This document shows, one piece after another, positions 34,913-46,209 of a DNA stretch of 64,000 bases. The translations under genes were made by a program, and so were the position numbers. Origin of the DNA: an uncultured Candidatus Altimarinota bacterium (GTDB lineage Bacteria; Patescibacteriota; Gracilibacteria; BD1-5; JAGOOR01); contig CALEVN010000026.1 of NCBI GenBank assembly GCA_937924685.1, forward strand, positions 20,058-84,057. The letters run 5' to 3'. Numbering within the stretch: position 1 is the stretch's first letter; the number at the start of each line of letters is the position of its first letter. The notes below the pieces were generated by a model. It was not told where the DNA came from. It saw only the letters and a program-made list of their open reading frames with translations, and did no database searches.

Positions 34913-36047
34913 CTGTAATAACTTTTAGAGATTTTTCCAACTGTCCGTCTTTCCCTTCTGTAATTTCGACAGGGGTAGGAAGTATAACGGTCGAAGGAGT
35001 AAGTCCGATTTTATCGAGAAGTATATTATCGGCGGTTCGCCAGTGGGCTATTGTTATCTTCATTTCAGCACCATTTTTAAGTGGAAATATCTGCTGTACT
35101 GATCATTTTCCATATGTTTGCGAGCCTATGAGTGGGGCCTTCAGGTGGACATGGAGAGCAGAAGCCAATATTTCTGCCGCAGAAGCAGTCTGTCCATTGA
35201 CGAGTATATAGAGGGGTGTTGTCATGTCTTTCTCGCCGTGAGACACATATGAAGCTGCATCTTCTCCATCAACAGTAGCGATAACTTTCCCAGAAGATAT
35301 AAAAAGAGAGCCAACATCAACAGAAGATTGAAGCGTGCCTCCGCCATTATTACGTAGATCGAGAAGTATAGCACGATATTTACCCGCATTTTTCTCAAGA
35401 GCGGCTTCTACATCATCTCTTGAGTGGTCATTAAAAGAAAGAAGATGGATGATAAGTATACCATTTTTGACCTCGTCAGAAATGATAGGTATCTCGAGAT
35501 GTCGGCGAAAGAGTGTTACCTGCTTTTTTGTGCCGAGAATGCTCGAAAAAACACCCAGAACCACAGTGGTACCTGCTGGGCCACGTATCTTTTTTACGGC
35601 TTCGTCAGCGGTTTTAGCATGCATGGTCTCTCCGTCGACTGACTGTATGATATCCCCTGGTAGAAGTCCCGATTCCTGGGCAGGAGATCAGGGGAGAACG
35701 CCAGATATATAAATCCCATTTGGACTTTCTTCTACATACGCACCTATTCATTCAAAGTCTCCATCTATCATTGTCTGAAAAGAAAGTACCTCTTCTGGGG
35801 AAAAATATTCTGTATATTTATCACCATAAGAATCCACGAAAGCATGTATGAGTTTTTGATTGATTACTTCCTGACTCGGGGTTGATAGGTGAGTATCGAG
35901 GAGTGTCTTTTGTTCTTGAAAAAGGCTTTCCAAAGAGCTTTCGTTAATTTTTTGATATCAATGTCAAAAAATATAACCTCCGGCAAAAAACAAAACGGCA
36001 GAAAGAATAATCGGGGTCAAAAAAGAATGTTGGGTTTTTTTCATCAT
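34890..36047 (-). CDS. carboxy-terminal processing peptidase (S41 family) with a PDZ domain
   Basis: ATG at 36045-36047. The frame joins track ORFs 35748..35933 and 35103..35624 and ends at TAA 34890-34892. It has an N-terminal TM helix, FE-G-IGAYVEE, a PDZ segment ([19 protein letters not shown]), [10 protein letters not shown] and [13 protein letters not shown]. It overlaps uvrB by 23 nt. Confidence 0.85.
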
Positions 36048-36214
36048 ATAAAGTGCATTATGATAATTTCCATTCTTTTTACCAATCTTTTTTACACAAA
36101 AATTACTTTGTTAAAAAACTATCTTTTTGCCCTTTCTGTGGCTTTTTTGTTTTTTTCTTTTGTGTAAAAATATTTGTATTTTTTTACCAGGTATGATATT
36201 CTACTTTTTGAAGT

Positions 36215-37312
36215 ATGCCTTCTTATAAGATACATAGTCTAAAAGATTCAAACAAACTCTCTTTTATAATAGAATGAGAAAGTGAAACAAGTGTTCAACA
36301 AAAACTCTCTTCAGAGGGGTATATAGTTCTTTCTGTTGAGAAAACAGAAGTAAGCGAAGAAAAAATATTTGTGTTTGAAGGGAGAAAACCAGACAAATCA
36401 TTCATAGAATGAAAAATACAAGCAGAAGACATATTTGTCGCTTATGATATGCTTTCAAAAGAATATAACTATTCTATATCAAAACTCTATCCAAGCACTA
36501 TACATGACAAAAACGAACAAGAGAAGATTTTTCAGGAACTTCTCTGTACATTTGATGAGAAAAAAACAATAGTTACAAAAAAATACAACGACACATCGAT
36601 GCGTGCGCTGGAAAAGAATAAGATCATCATAGAAAAGCTCAAAAACATTGTTTCAAAAAATGATGTCGCAAACAAAGAAGAGCTATTGTCCGACCTCAAA
36701 AAGCTCGATCTAATCAACAATAATTCCACCATAAAACAATCCCTGAAGACCATAGTGAAGGATCTCGCGATGAAATACAGAACCAAAAAAGAGATTTTTT
36801 CATCAGTAAAACCACTTATTAATGAAGTTGGTGTTTTTATGCCTCCGGATGCATATTTTTCTTTTTTAGAAAATCTTCAGTCTCTATTTTCTTTCTTCGG
36901 CCCCCTTTTTCATCCATCAGAGACCTATGTCTCCAGCCGAAGTCAAAAAAAGACCCACAGCGACCCCGCCCAAAATCACGATAGTTTTAAAACTATACAA
37001 AAAAATGGTCATATCAATACTCTCCTACAAAAAAAATATGGTAATCAATGATTGATTCATAGCGTAACTATCGGCTCCAGTCAGGCATATTTTTACACGC
37101 TCTATCGATGTAAAAATTTCTTTCTTTTTTCCAAATTAGGACTTTCTATCTTTGCAAAGATACTTCGTCTGAGTCTCATAGTGATGGTTCTTTGTCTTCT
37201 CGTGCTTGTTCTTCTCGACATGCATAATACATTTTTTGTAACAGGAGGTGTACTCATGGTATTTGGTTTCATTATTATACTTACCCTTGTAATTCCAGCC
37301 GAGACGGTATAA
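36215..37312 (+). CDS. hypothetical protein with a PilC/GspF-like extreme N-terminus and two C-terminal TM helices
   Basis: ATG at 36215. Frame 2 joins to track ORFs 36449..37051 and 37052..37312 through three TGAs. The N-terminus MPSYKIHSLKDSNKLSFIIE-G-ESETSVQQKLSSEGYIVLSVE resembles the first ~40 residues of type II/IV platform proteins. The rest is unassigned. Confidence 0.5.
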
Positions 37313-37319
37313 TTTTTTC

Positions 37320-38549
37320 ATGTTTGTTCTCACGACGTTTATCCATGCGGTTTTTATTGGAGTGTTTTTCTTGTTCCACCGGTATATAGAGATGGGCGTT
37401 ATAGGTTGTTTTTATGTTATTTTTCTCTCAAAAATTATCCCCCCCCTCGATGTCATAAAGCGCCCCGCCTTTCTCAAAATAAAAACGCCAGAAAGCATCA
37501 CCCTTGAACAATCCATCTACGTTAGTTCAGGCATTCTCTTCTATACAGCATTGGTATGAGTCTTTCTCGGCATATCTGAAGCGCTCGGCGTACCTGCAGA
37601 TCTTCATCTTTTTTATTATTGTGTCTTTTTTCTTACCAGTGTTATTTACGGCATATACCTGCTCTTTTATCCCAAAAATCCAAATGTTTTTATTCTTTTT
37701 CGCACCCATACACTTATAGCCGGTATTGTTCTTGGTCTTCTTGTCATGGCATCGGTATTATTTGGCTTTTTTGGTCTCGAGATTCTCATTATCATCAACC
37801 TTCTTCTCATAGTTTTAGGTCTTGCAATGGTTATATTGCTCGATAGAAATATTCCTCAAAGTACCCACCTTGTGAGTGTTTATGTCTTTATATTTTCATT
37901 TATTGCCCTTATCGCCGGATTCCTCTCTTTCTTCTGACCATCTGTTCCTGAATATATATTTTTTCTTTTGTTTGGTCTTACAGGTCTCTATATTTTTTTC
38001 CCATCTGCTCTCGAAAAGTCCTACCTTCAAAAAAATGTCTACCTCCTTTCCTGGCACTTTTCCAACTGCATTCTCGGTCTTTCCTGGGCTATATTTGGAT
38101 ATCTTTTTTGGTCACTTTTCTGGGGATATATGGATGACAGGATGATTATATCAGTATCACTTTTCCTCCTTGCGGGCCTCTGGGTTTGGGTATACAATAC
38201 AGATGACAAGAACCCACTCTTTTTTACCGGTCTCATAACGGTTATAGGAACATTTTATGGTTTTGTGACATTTCAGATTCTGCCACCTATTTTTTGGATG
38301 ATCACCCTCTGTCTTTTTGTTTTTTCTGGAGGCCTTGTTCTCATCGCGCGATGGTATAAAAATCAAACCGAAGAGCTCATCCTTGCAGCGGGTTCTGTTA
38401 TATTTTTCTGTGCTTCCGATGTTGTCCTTATATTTCAGAATTACGGGCTCTTTGAGTTGTCGACATTGTTTTTCTTTCAATCATTTCTCTGGTATGGAGT
38501 GTACGAGATTTTTCATCGACAATCTCATGCTAAAAACCGAGCACTATAA
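37320..38549 (+). CDS. polytopic integral membrane protein (409 aa), unknown function
   Basis: Frame 0 joins track ORFs 37320..37559, 37746..37937 and 37968..38549 through TGAs. It is almost entirely hydrophobic helices. Confidence 0.6.
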
Positions 38550-39069
38550 AAGAAATATTCCTGATTTTAGTGTCGACAAAGTGATTGTCGGAGGACAATA
38601 TGATGAGCTTATGCAACGGAAAATTCGACGGTTCAAGTTCGCCCACAACTATGTCGATCGTGTCTACTTTGAATCTCTTTTTCTAACCGCGACAAAGGAA
38701 TATCCACCTCAGTGAGACATTATCGTCTATCCGCCGATAAGTATCATAGATTGGATTATACGTGGGCCGAACCATACACAGCATCTCGCCGAATACTTTG
38801 CACGCATGTATCCACGAGAACTCCTATGTCCTTTTAAAAAGAAGGCATTTACCGGACATCAATCACGTCGTACGAAAAAAGAAAGATCGCAAATAAGAAG
38901 AGAATATACCTTCAACAAGAAGTACAAGTCTCTCATCAAGGACAAAAGAATAATCTTTATAGACGATCTCATTACCACAGGCTACACCGCTCATAGCCTG
39001 TGAAGACTTCTCAAAAAAGCGGGCGCCAAAGAAGTCGTAGGTTACTTTTTGGCGAGCGAAAAGGTCTAA
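38494..39069 (+). CDS. comF: ComF-family phosphoribosyltransferase-fold protein (short, lacks the N-terminal Zn finger)
   Basis: Frame 1 joins track ORFs 38317..38715 (its 3' part) and 38806..39003 and ends at TAA 39067-39069. The PRTase motif is KRIIFIDDLITTGYTAHSL-G-RLLKKAGAKEVVGYFLA. The start is uncertain (ATG 38494 or 38527), and it overlaps the previous gene. Confidence 0.65.
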
Positions 39070-39127
39070 TTTGTAAAAAATTTGTCTGAAAGGCTGAAAT
39101 TGGTATACTACCGTATCGCTTTTCTCT

Positions 39128-41959
39128 ATGTCCAATACTATTGATCTTTTCTGAGTTGCCACGCACAATCTGCGCAATGTAGATATATCTTTTACCAAAA
39201 ATACACTCACTGTCCTCACAGGAGTGAGTTGATCGGGTAAATCCTCTCTAGCCTTCACAACCCTCTGCAACGAAGGGCAGCGACGATATCTCGAATCTCT
39301 CTCCACCTATGCTCGTATGTTTATCGGTGGCATGAGTGAAGAAGCAAAAGTAAAAGAAATCCGTGGTCTCACACCGACTATTAGCATAGAACAAAAAACA
39401 GTCGCCCACAATCCTCGCTCGACGGTGGGCACGATTACGGAAATATATGATTTTTACCGTCTCTTTTTTCTCAGTCTCGGTACACGTATTTGTCCTCATG
39501 ATGCCACACCGATGATGAAAAAGACGCATAAGGATGTGATAGAATACCTTTCAAAGACCAAAAAAGGAGTCCGAGTAGGAATATGTGCTCAGATACGAAA
39601 AACATTTGAAACAGCTCTTGAGCTGCGAGATTTTGTTGGTCAAAAGTGATTTGTTCGATATTTGTCGAACAACCATGTCTATAACCTCTCCGATGCTCTC
39701 CCAGAAAAGATAACTGACCCATGGATTATTGTCGATCGTGTCGAAATTGATAGCGAAGATCCGACCCAAAATGATCGACTTTCACAGTCGATATCAACTG
39801 CTTTTGAGCACGGTGAAGAAGTTGTTGGTATTTATAATTTTGAACGAGAAACAATGGAAGTGTTTTCTCGAGCTTTTCGCTGCCCCCTCTGTGGTTATGT
39901 ACCAGAAGAATTGACCCTTTCTCATTTTTCTTTCAATTCACCGACAGGTGCCTGTCCAGATTGTCATGGTCTTGGCTCCCTTCTGAACTTCACAGAAGAG
40001 TCCACTATTGATCCAAATAAGACATTGGATGAAGGGTGTGTCATGCCATGGACACCTGATTCGTATTACTATTTTGTCCTTCAGGGCGCATGCAAACATT
40101 ATAAAATCCCAACAAAAATTCCCTATAAGGATTTGACCGATAAACACAAAAAAATTATTCTTCACGGTTCAGAAGAGAGGTTGTCACTTTCGACACCTCA
40201 GATGAATAAGCCGTGGAATGCAAAATACCCAGGTATTATACCCTACCTCAATCGTGTCTACCATGATCCAGATACAACAGAGGCGCTCCATGAAAAGATA
40301 GATCCATTTGTCGTATCTTCGACATGTTCGACATGTCATGGCTATAGAGTAGGCGAAGCTGCAAGAAGTGTCGTCATAGACGGCAAACACATAGGTCATA
40401 TCGCCGAGATGTCTGTGGAGAAAACTATTGATTTTTTTGAACACCTGAAGCTTTCGGGAGAGGATTCAAAGATTGCGGGCAATGTCCTCAAAAATATTCG
40501 TGACCGTCTCAAATTCTTAAAATGAGTCTGACTTGGCTATATGACACTTGCTCGTCGATCAAATACTTTGTCTGGCTGAGAATCCCAGCGTATTCGTCTC
40601 GCGACACAAGTAGGCACGAGACTCGAATGAATCACCTACGTCCTCGACGAACCATCTATCGGTCTCCATCCTCGAGACAGTCGACTCTTGATAGACAATC
40701 TCCGAGAGCTCGTCAATCTGGGTAATACGGTGATTGTTGTCGAACATGACGAAGATATCATGCGAACGGCTGATGAAATAGTCGATATCTGACCTGGCGC
40801 AGGTGTCCATGGTGGAAATATTGTCTTCCAAGGTACCTACGAAAAGCTCCTCAAGTCTAGCACAGAAACTGCCAAGTTTTTACGAGGAGAAAATACTATA
40901 CAGATACCAGCACTCAGCAAAAAACCAACCAAGTATATAAAATTAAAGGGTGCGACAGAAAATAATCTCCAGAATGTCAGTGTCGACATCCCACTCGAGG
41001 CACTGACAGTTGTCACGGGTGTGAGCGGTTCAGGAAAATCTTCACTCATTAATAGGACATTTTCTCCTGTCATGCGAAATCTCCTCCATGGTACGAGAGA
41101 TACACATGGTGCGCTCAAGGGTATCGAGGGGTATGAAGACCTCGACAAGGTCGTCATCATCGATCAGATGCCCATAGGGAAGACGCCACGATCAAATCCG
41201 GCGACATATACAGGTGTCTTTACCGATATACGAGAAGTATTCGCACAGACGCTCGAAGCTCGAGCTCGGGGATATGGGCCAGGGCACTTCAGTTTCAATA
41301 CAAAACAGGGACGTTGTGATGCTTGTGAGGGGGATGGAGTTCGCCGAATACAGATGCATTTTCTTCCAGATGTCCATGTCACCTGTGAATCATGTCAGGG
41401 TACTCGCTACAACCATCTCGTTCGGGAGGTACACTTCCATGACAAGTCTATATCGGATATCCTCGCCATGACTGTCGAAGATGCTGTGATTTTCTTTGAT
41501 AAATTCCCAAAAATTAAACATAAACTTCAGACAATTCTCGAAGTAGGTCTCGGATATATAACGCTTGGTCAATCAGCCCTGACATTGTCTGGAGGTGAAT
41601 CCCAGCGTGTAAAATTGGCGACAGAACTTGCTCGAAAATCAACAGGGAAGACCCTCTACATCATGGATGAACCTACCACCGGTCTCCACTTTTCTGACAT
41701 ACAGAAACTTATGTCTATCGTGTCTACTTTGGTCGAAAAAAAGAATACGGTCGTCATCATAGAACATCATCTCGATGTCATCGCCAATGCTCACTATATT
41801 ATCGACATGGGGCCAGAAGGTGGCGAACGAGGAGGACGACTCCTCTATCAGGGGCCTCGTGACGGCGTCCTCACTGCAGAGGAATCATTTACGGGTCAAT
41901 GTCTCCAGGAATACCTCGATCATAAAAAGAAACAAATACCGTCTAAAAAGAAAAAATAA
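39128..41959 (+). CDS. uvrA: excinuclease ABC subunit A
   Basis: Frame 2 joins track ORFs 39317..39649, 39662..40525 and 41021..41959 (944 codons). Motifs include [12 protein letters not shown], the Zn modules, [12 protein letters not shown], the second Walker [11 protein letters not shown] and [12 protein letters not shown]. Confidence 0.95.
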
Positions 41960-41963
41960 ATCT

Positions 41964-42824
41964 ATGGAACAGCATGTCGACATATCTCATCTCTCCGGCT
42001 ACCATACTGCAGCGACAGCGAGATATTTTGTCGAGTTTCATGGCGACAATGTCGAAGATATAAGAGCAGCAGCCAAGTTTGCCCAACAAATGAAGCTTCC
42101 GATACTGACTATCGCTGGTGGTAAAAACAGCCTTCTCGCTTTTGATGAATATCCAGGTCTTGTCATCTATAACTCGTCTGAGGGCTATGATCTCCAAAAT
42201 AAACACTTAAAAGCCCTCTCTGGTCAACCTATCTGGGAATTAGCCGAAGCTCTGGAGACAGAGCATGGCATAGATTTCTGGCATCGATTTCAGTGACTTC
42301 CGTGATCTGTCTGAGGTGCTGTATTTGGAAATGCTGGATGTTTTGGTCTAGAAATAGGGCCCTATGTCACATCGGTCGAGGTTCTCGATATGCAGACAGG
42401 AGAAATTCTTATAAAAAACCCAGAAGAATTGGTATTTGATTATCGATGGTCAGAGTGCAAGAATCATCCAGAATGGTTTATTATTTCGGCTGATTTTGAT
42501 CTGTCAGAGCTTCGTGAAAAGTATCATTCGGACGAAGAGCCTCTTCTCTGGCGAGAAAGAGTCCAGCCTGTCGGTCTCTCTTGTGGCTCATTTTTCAAAA
42601 ATCCAAGTCGTGAACAATCCGCCTGATTCTTGATTGAACAGGTTGGTCTCAAATGACATCGCCATAATGGTGCATATTTTTCTGACAAACATGCGAATTT
42701 CCTTATGTCTGACGGCACGGCGAAGTGGACAGACCTTGTCGAACTTGTCGAACTTGCACAGAAAAAAGTGATGGACAAATTTCAGATATCACTTATCCCC
42801 GAGGTCAGAATTATAAAAAATTAA
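41964..42824 (+). CDS. murB: UDP-N-acetylenolpyruvoylglucosamine reductase
   Basis: ATG at 41964. Frame 0 joins track ORFs 41775..42296 (its 3' part) and 42390..42626. Motifs are G-LP-G-SV-G-GAVFGNAGCFG, GSFFKNP, FLIEQVGLK-G-HRHNGAYFSDKHANF. It ends at TAA 42822-42824. Confidence 0.85.
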
Positions 42825-42946
42825 ATCAAAAATTCTAAAAAGGAGTCTTTTTTTTCTTTTTGTAATAAGTAAATTGCGAATTATAAAACATATTTATTAT
42901 AAATAGTCAATAATGTGTTACTTGTAATAATATAAATATCCTCAAT

Positions 42947-45160
42947 ATGAAACATAAAGGAATGCCTTTATTTCCTCATTTTCATATTATGTTTCCTGCT
43001 TTTATAGAGAGATTCAGAAAAGTGACAGCTGTAGTCGCTATTACGACTCTTGTTTTTTCTTTCATTAGTCCAGCATTTGCTGCTTCCACTTTTGATTCTG
43101 TTTCTGTTGGTTCTCAGACAGGATCGATAAATGCAGGTACAGCTGGAAGTGTGACCTATGTTGTTACGGTAAACAGATCTGGCAGCGGAGCACTCAGTGT
43201 CTCTTTGTCGGCCAGTGGTCTACCATCTGGAGTCACTGCTAGTTTTTCACCATCAACGGTTTCATTTAGCGGAAATTCACCTACATCTAACACCTCGACT
43301 TTGACCCTTACCTCGACTAATTTAACTCCTTCTGGCACAACTACTTTCACAGTTCAGGGTAGTGGTGGAAGTACACACACAGCTAATGGTACTCTTTTGG
43401 TTGGTAGTTCGGACACAACTCCACCAACTATCTCAAATATTACTTCTACAACAGTTGACGGTAAATATAAGGCTGGCGTCTCTATTCCTCTGAATGTGAC
43501 ATTTTCTGAGTCTGTTACTTCGACAGGGAATGTCACTCTCACGACTGATACTGGTCGCACCTGTACTTTCACAGTTACCTCGAGCACGACAGGAAGCTGT
43601 AACTATATAATCCAGGCTGGTGATACATCTGCCGATCTCACGGTATCATCTGTCTCTGGTACGATAAAAGATGCTGCCAACAATGCGATGACAAACTTCA
43701 CTCCTACCACGAATCTCGCTGCAAATAAAAATATCATCATCGACACTACAGCTCCAACTATTACGCTTCTTGGATCAACACCAGTTACTGTCGAAGTTGG
43801 CTCTGTCTATAGTGATGCAGGAGCAACTGCGACAGATAGTGTCGATGGAAGCCGAACAGCAAATATCGTTACAGTAAATTCTGTTAATGCCAATGTCGTA
43901 GGAAACTATACTGTCACCTACAATGTCTCTGATGTAGCCGGAAACGCTGCTACTCAAGTCACTCGTACGGTCAATGTCGTTGATACGACAAAGCCAGTCA
44001 TTACTCTTCTTGGCTCCCCAACTGTCTCAGTCAATTTCAATGCTTCTTACTCTGATGCAGGGGCAACTGCTTCTGACAATGTCGATGGTGACATCACTTC
44101 GTCTATCATTGTCGTCAATCCAGTTGATACCCTCACTATCGGTAATTATACAATTACCTATGATGTGACAGATACTCACGGAAATGCTGCAACTCAGATC
44201 ACTCGTAGTGTCAGCGTTGTCGACACAGTAGCGCCTATGGTCAGCAGTCTCAGTGCCGTTCCTACCACGACAACTTCGACAGTGTCTTTCTCAACAAATG
44301 AAGATGCAACATCGGTTATCAATTACGGTGAAACCAGCACATACGGTTCAACAGTAACTATGGCGTCGACAGCAACTACGAATCATAGTGTTACTCTCAC
44401 AGGACTCAGTTCTTGTGGTCAGAGATATCACTACTCTATCACAGCGACAGATACACATGGGAATGTCACGACAACACCAGATGACCTCTTTATCATGCAC
44501 TGTGGACCGACTATCACAACTCCAGGAAGTGGATTTTCACCACCTCTTCCAGAGCCTGAATCAACAACCACAGGAGGTAGTACAACCACTTCAGGAACGA
44601 CTATAAGTGGTTCGACAACTGGTACGAGTGGCACAACTTCGACAACGAGTGGAAACACAAGTTCTGGGACCACAAGTGGGACAACATCAGGAACAACTCC
44701 AACCGGTGAGACCACAAGTGGGACAGCTGGTACAGGTGGAACAACAACATCAGGAACAACTCCGACAACACCAGTAAACCCAAATCAACCAACACCAGAA
44801 TCAAATCCGACAACTCCTACCAATACAGGAACAGGAACTACAGGTGGTACGACTGGTACTGGCGGAACGACAAACGGTGGTGGAACAACCGGAACAACAC
44901 AACAGGGTGGCAATACGACAACAGGCGGTACTGCCACATTTAACCCTCGAGAAACAACACTCGATGCGGGTGGTGGAGTCACTCCTGAACCAGAAAAAAC
45001 AATAGAACCAGTAGCTCCTCCTACGCCAGTCGATGAAGGCGGAGGTGTTGTTCCTGAAGAGAATAATTCTCATACTCTCACATGGACACTTCTTGCACTT
45101 CTCGGCTTACTCAATGGATGGTACTTCTTTGTCTACAAAGGTAAACCAGAGATCAGATAA
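42947..45160 (+). CDS. secreted surface protein with tandem Ig-like (DUF5011-type) domains, a Thr/Gly-rich stalk and a C-terminal TM anchor
   Basis: Uninterrupted 737-aa ORF with no TGA. Two near-repeats have the form TxPxITLLGSxxVxVxxxxxYSDAGATAxDxVDG...GNYTxTYxVxDxxGNAATQxTRxVxVVD. A low-complexity (T/S/G)n region at about 44520-44960 follows, then LTWTLLALLGLLNGWYFFVY. Confidence 0.8.
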   Translation: MKHKGMPLFPHFHIMFPAFIERFRKVTAVVAITTLVFSFISPAFAASTFDSVSVGSQTGSINAGTAGSVTYVVTVNRSGSGALSVSLSASGLPSGVTASFSPSTVSFSGNSPTSNTSTLTLTSTNLTPSGTTTFTVQGSGGSTHTANGTLLVGSSDTTPPTISNITSTTVDGKYKAGVSIPLNVTFSESVTSTGNVTLTTDTGRTCTFTVTSSTTGSCNYIIQAGDTSADLTVSSVSGTIKDAANNAMTNFTPTTNLAANKNIIIDTTAPTITLLGSTPVTVEVGSVYSDAGATATDSVDGSRTANIVTVNSVNANVVGNYTVTYNVSDVAGNAATQVTRTVNVVDTTKPVITLLGSPTVSVNFNASYSDAGATASDNVDGDITSSIIVVNPVDTLTIGNYTITYDVTDTHGNAATQITRSVSVVDTVAPMVSSLSAVPTTTTSTVSFSTNEDATSVINYGETSTYGSTVTMASTATTNHSVTLTGLSSCGQRYHYSITATDTHGNVTTTPDDLFIMHCGPTITTPGSGFSPPLPEPESTTTGGSTTTSGTTISGSTTGTSGTTSTTSGNTSSGTTSGTTSGTTPTGETTSGTAGTGGTTTSGTTPTTPVNPNQPTPESNPTTPTNTGTGTTGGTTGTGGTTNGGGTTGTTQQGGNTTTGGTATFNPRETTLDAGGGVTPEPEKTIEPVAPPTPVDEGGGVVPEENNSHTLTWTLLALLGLLNGWYFFVYKGKPEIR

Positions 45161-45178
45161 TTCCGAATATATACAAAT

Positions 45179-45206
45179 AAAGAGGCTCCTGAGCCTCTTT
45201 ATTTTG
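45179..45206 (+). terminator. rho-independent terminator
   Basis: AAAGAGGC-tcctga-GCCTCTTT is followed by ATTTTGCCTTTTTT, 19 nt after the stop at 45160. Confidence 0.7.
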
Positions 45207-45237
45207 CCTTTTTTGTCGTTTATCCTATATTTTCAGT

Positions 45238-46209
45238 ATGAATATTTCAGACTTTTGACATGAGCTCACACATCAACTCAAGTCACTGCGACACATTTCT
45301 CTCATAGCCCATAAAAATCCAGATGGTGATGCTATGGGTGCGCTTGAGGGTATGCGTTGTTTGCTCTCGGATAATTTTCCTCATCTGGTAGTGGATGTTG
45401 TTATGCCGCAAGAAGATTTCGATGCCCATGTTTTCTGGGTTATGGGAAAGACGGAAGAAAATTTCTCAGACACTACTGATTGTATCATACTCCTCGATGC
45501 CCCACGGCTTACGAGAACTGCTCTGCCTCTTGAGGTATTTGCTGATAAAAAAGTACTCTGCATAGACCACCATGAATCGTTCGAAGATAGTATTCCTGGT
45601 TATGTCGATTCTCATGCGAGTGCGACATGTCTCATTTTGACGGAGATGGCACTCACTCTTGGCTGGAAAATCTCAGTGCAGGCTGCCACAGCTCTCCTCA
45701 TGGGTATTTATACAGATACAGGGGGCTTTATTCACAGAAGTACAGACACTCGGTCTTTTGTTGCAGCAGCTGAGCTCATGCGGTTAGGTGCTGATCAAGT
45801 ACGTATAAGTACGGAGGTCTTTGGTAACTACACTCTCCCATATTTGCATGATCTTGGTCGATGACTCTTGTCGATCGTTATTGTCGATGGTATAGCATGT
45901 CTCTTTCTCTGAGCCAATACCAATGCAGCCCTCAAAAACCACATTATAGGGTTCTTAAGTGGCCTCGCAGGTGTCGACATAGCCTGTGTCATGGTCGACA
46001 TAGAATGAGTCATCAAGTGCTCTTTTCGCACAAGAAAAGACACGATTGATGTCAATGAACTAGCAAAAAAACTCTGAGGCGGTGGCCACAAAAAAGCCTC
46101 TGGCTGTATCCTAGATGGACGTCTCCATGAGGGCATATTTCACTGGCAGTGACAGGAATATTCACCAACTACCTTTGCACAATTTATAAAAACTCTATGA
46201 CCACTCTAA
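45238..46209 (+). CDS. nrnA: DHH/DHHA1 phosphoesterase (NrnA-like oligoribonuclease/pAp phosphatase)
   Basis: ATG at 45238. Frame 1 joins to track ORF 45334..45864 and ends at TAA 46207-46209. Motifs are IAHKNPDGDAMGA, CIDHH, GIYTDTGGF and the DHHA1 motif G-GGGHKKASG. Confidence 0.7.

Noticed and set aside
44520-44960. Highly repetitive stretch of short ACx/GGx units that at first glance resembles a tandem-repeat or CRISPR-like array.
   Set aside because: It is in frame within the 737-aa surface protein and encodes a Thr/Ser/Gly-rich stalk. It has no repeat-spacer periodicity and no constant repeat unit of CRISPR length.
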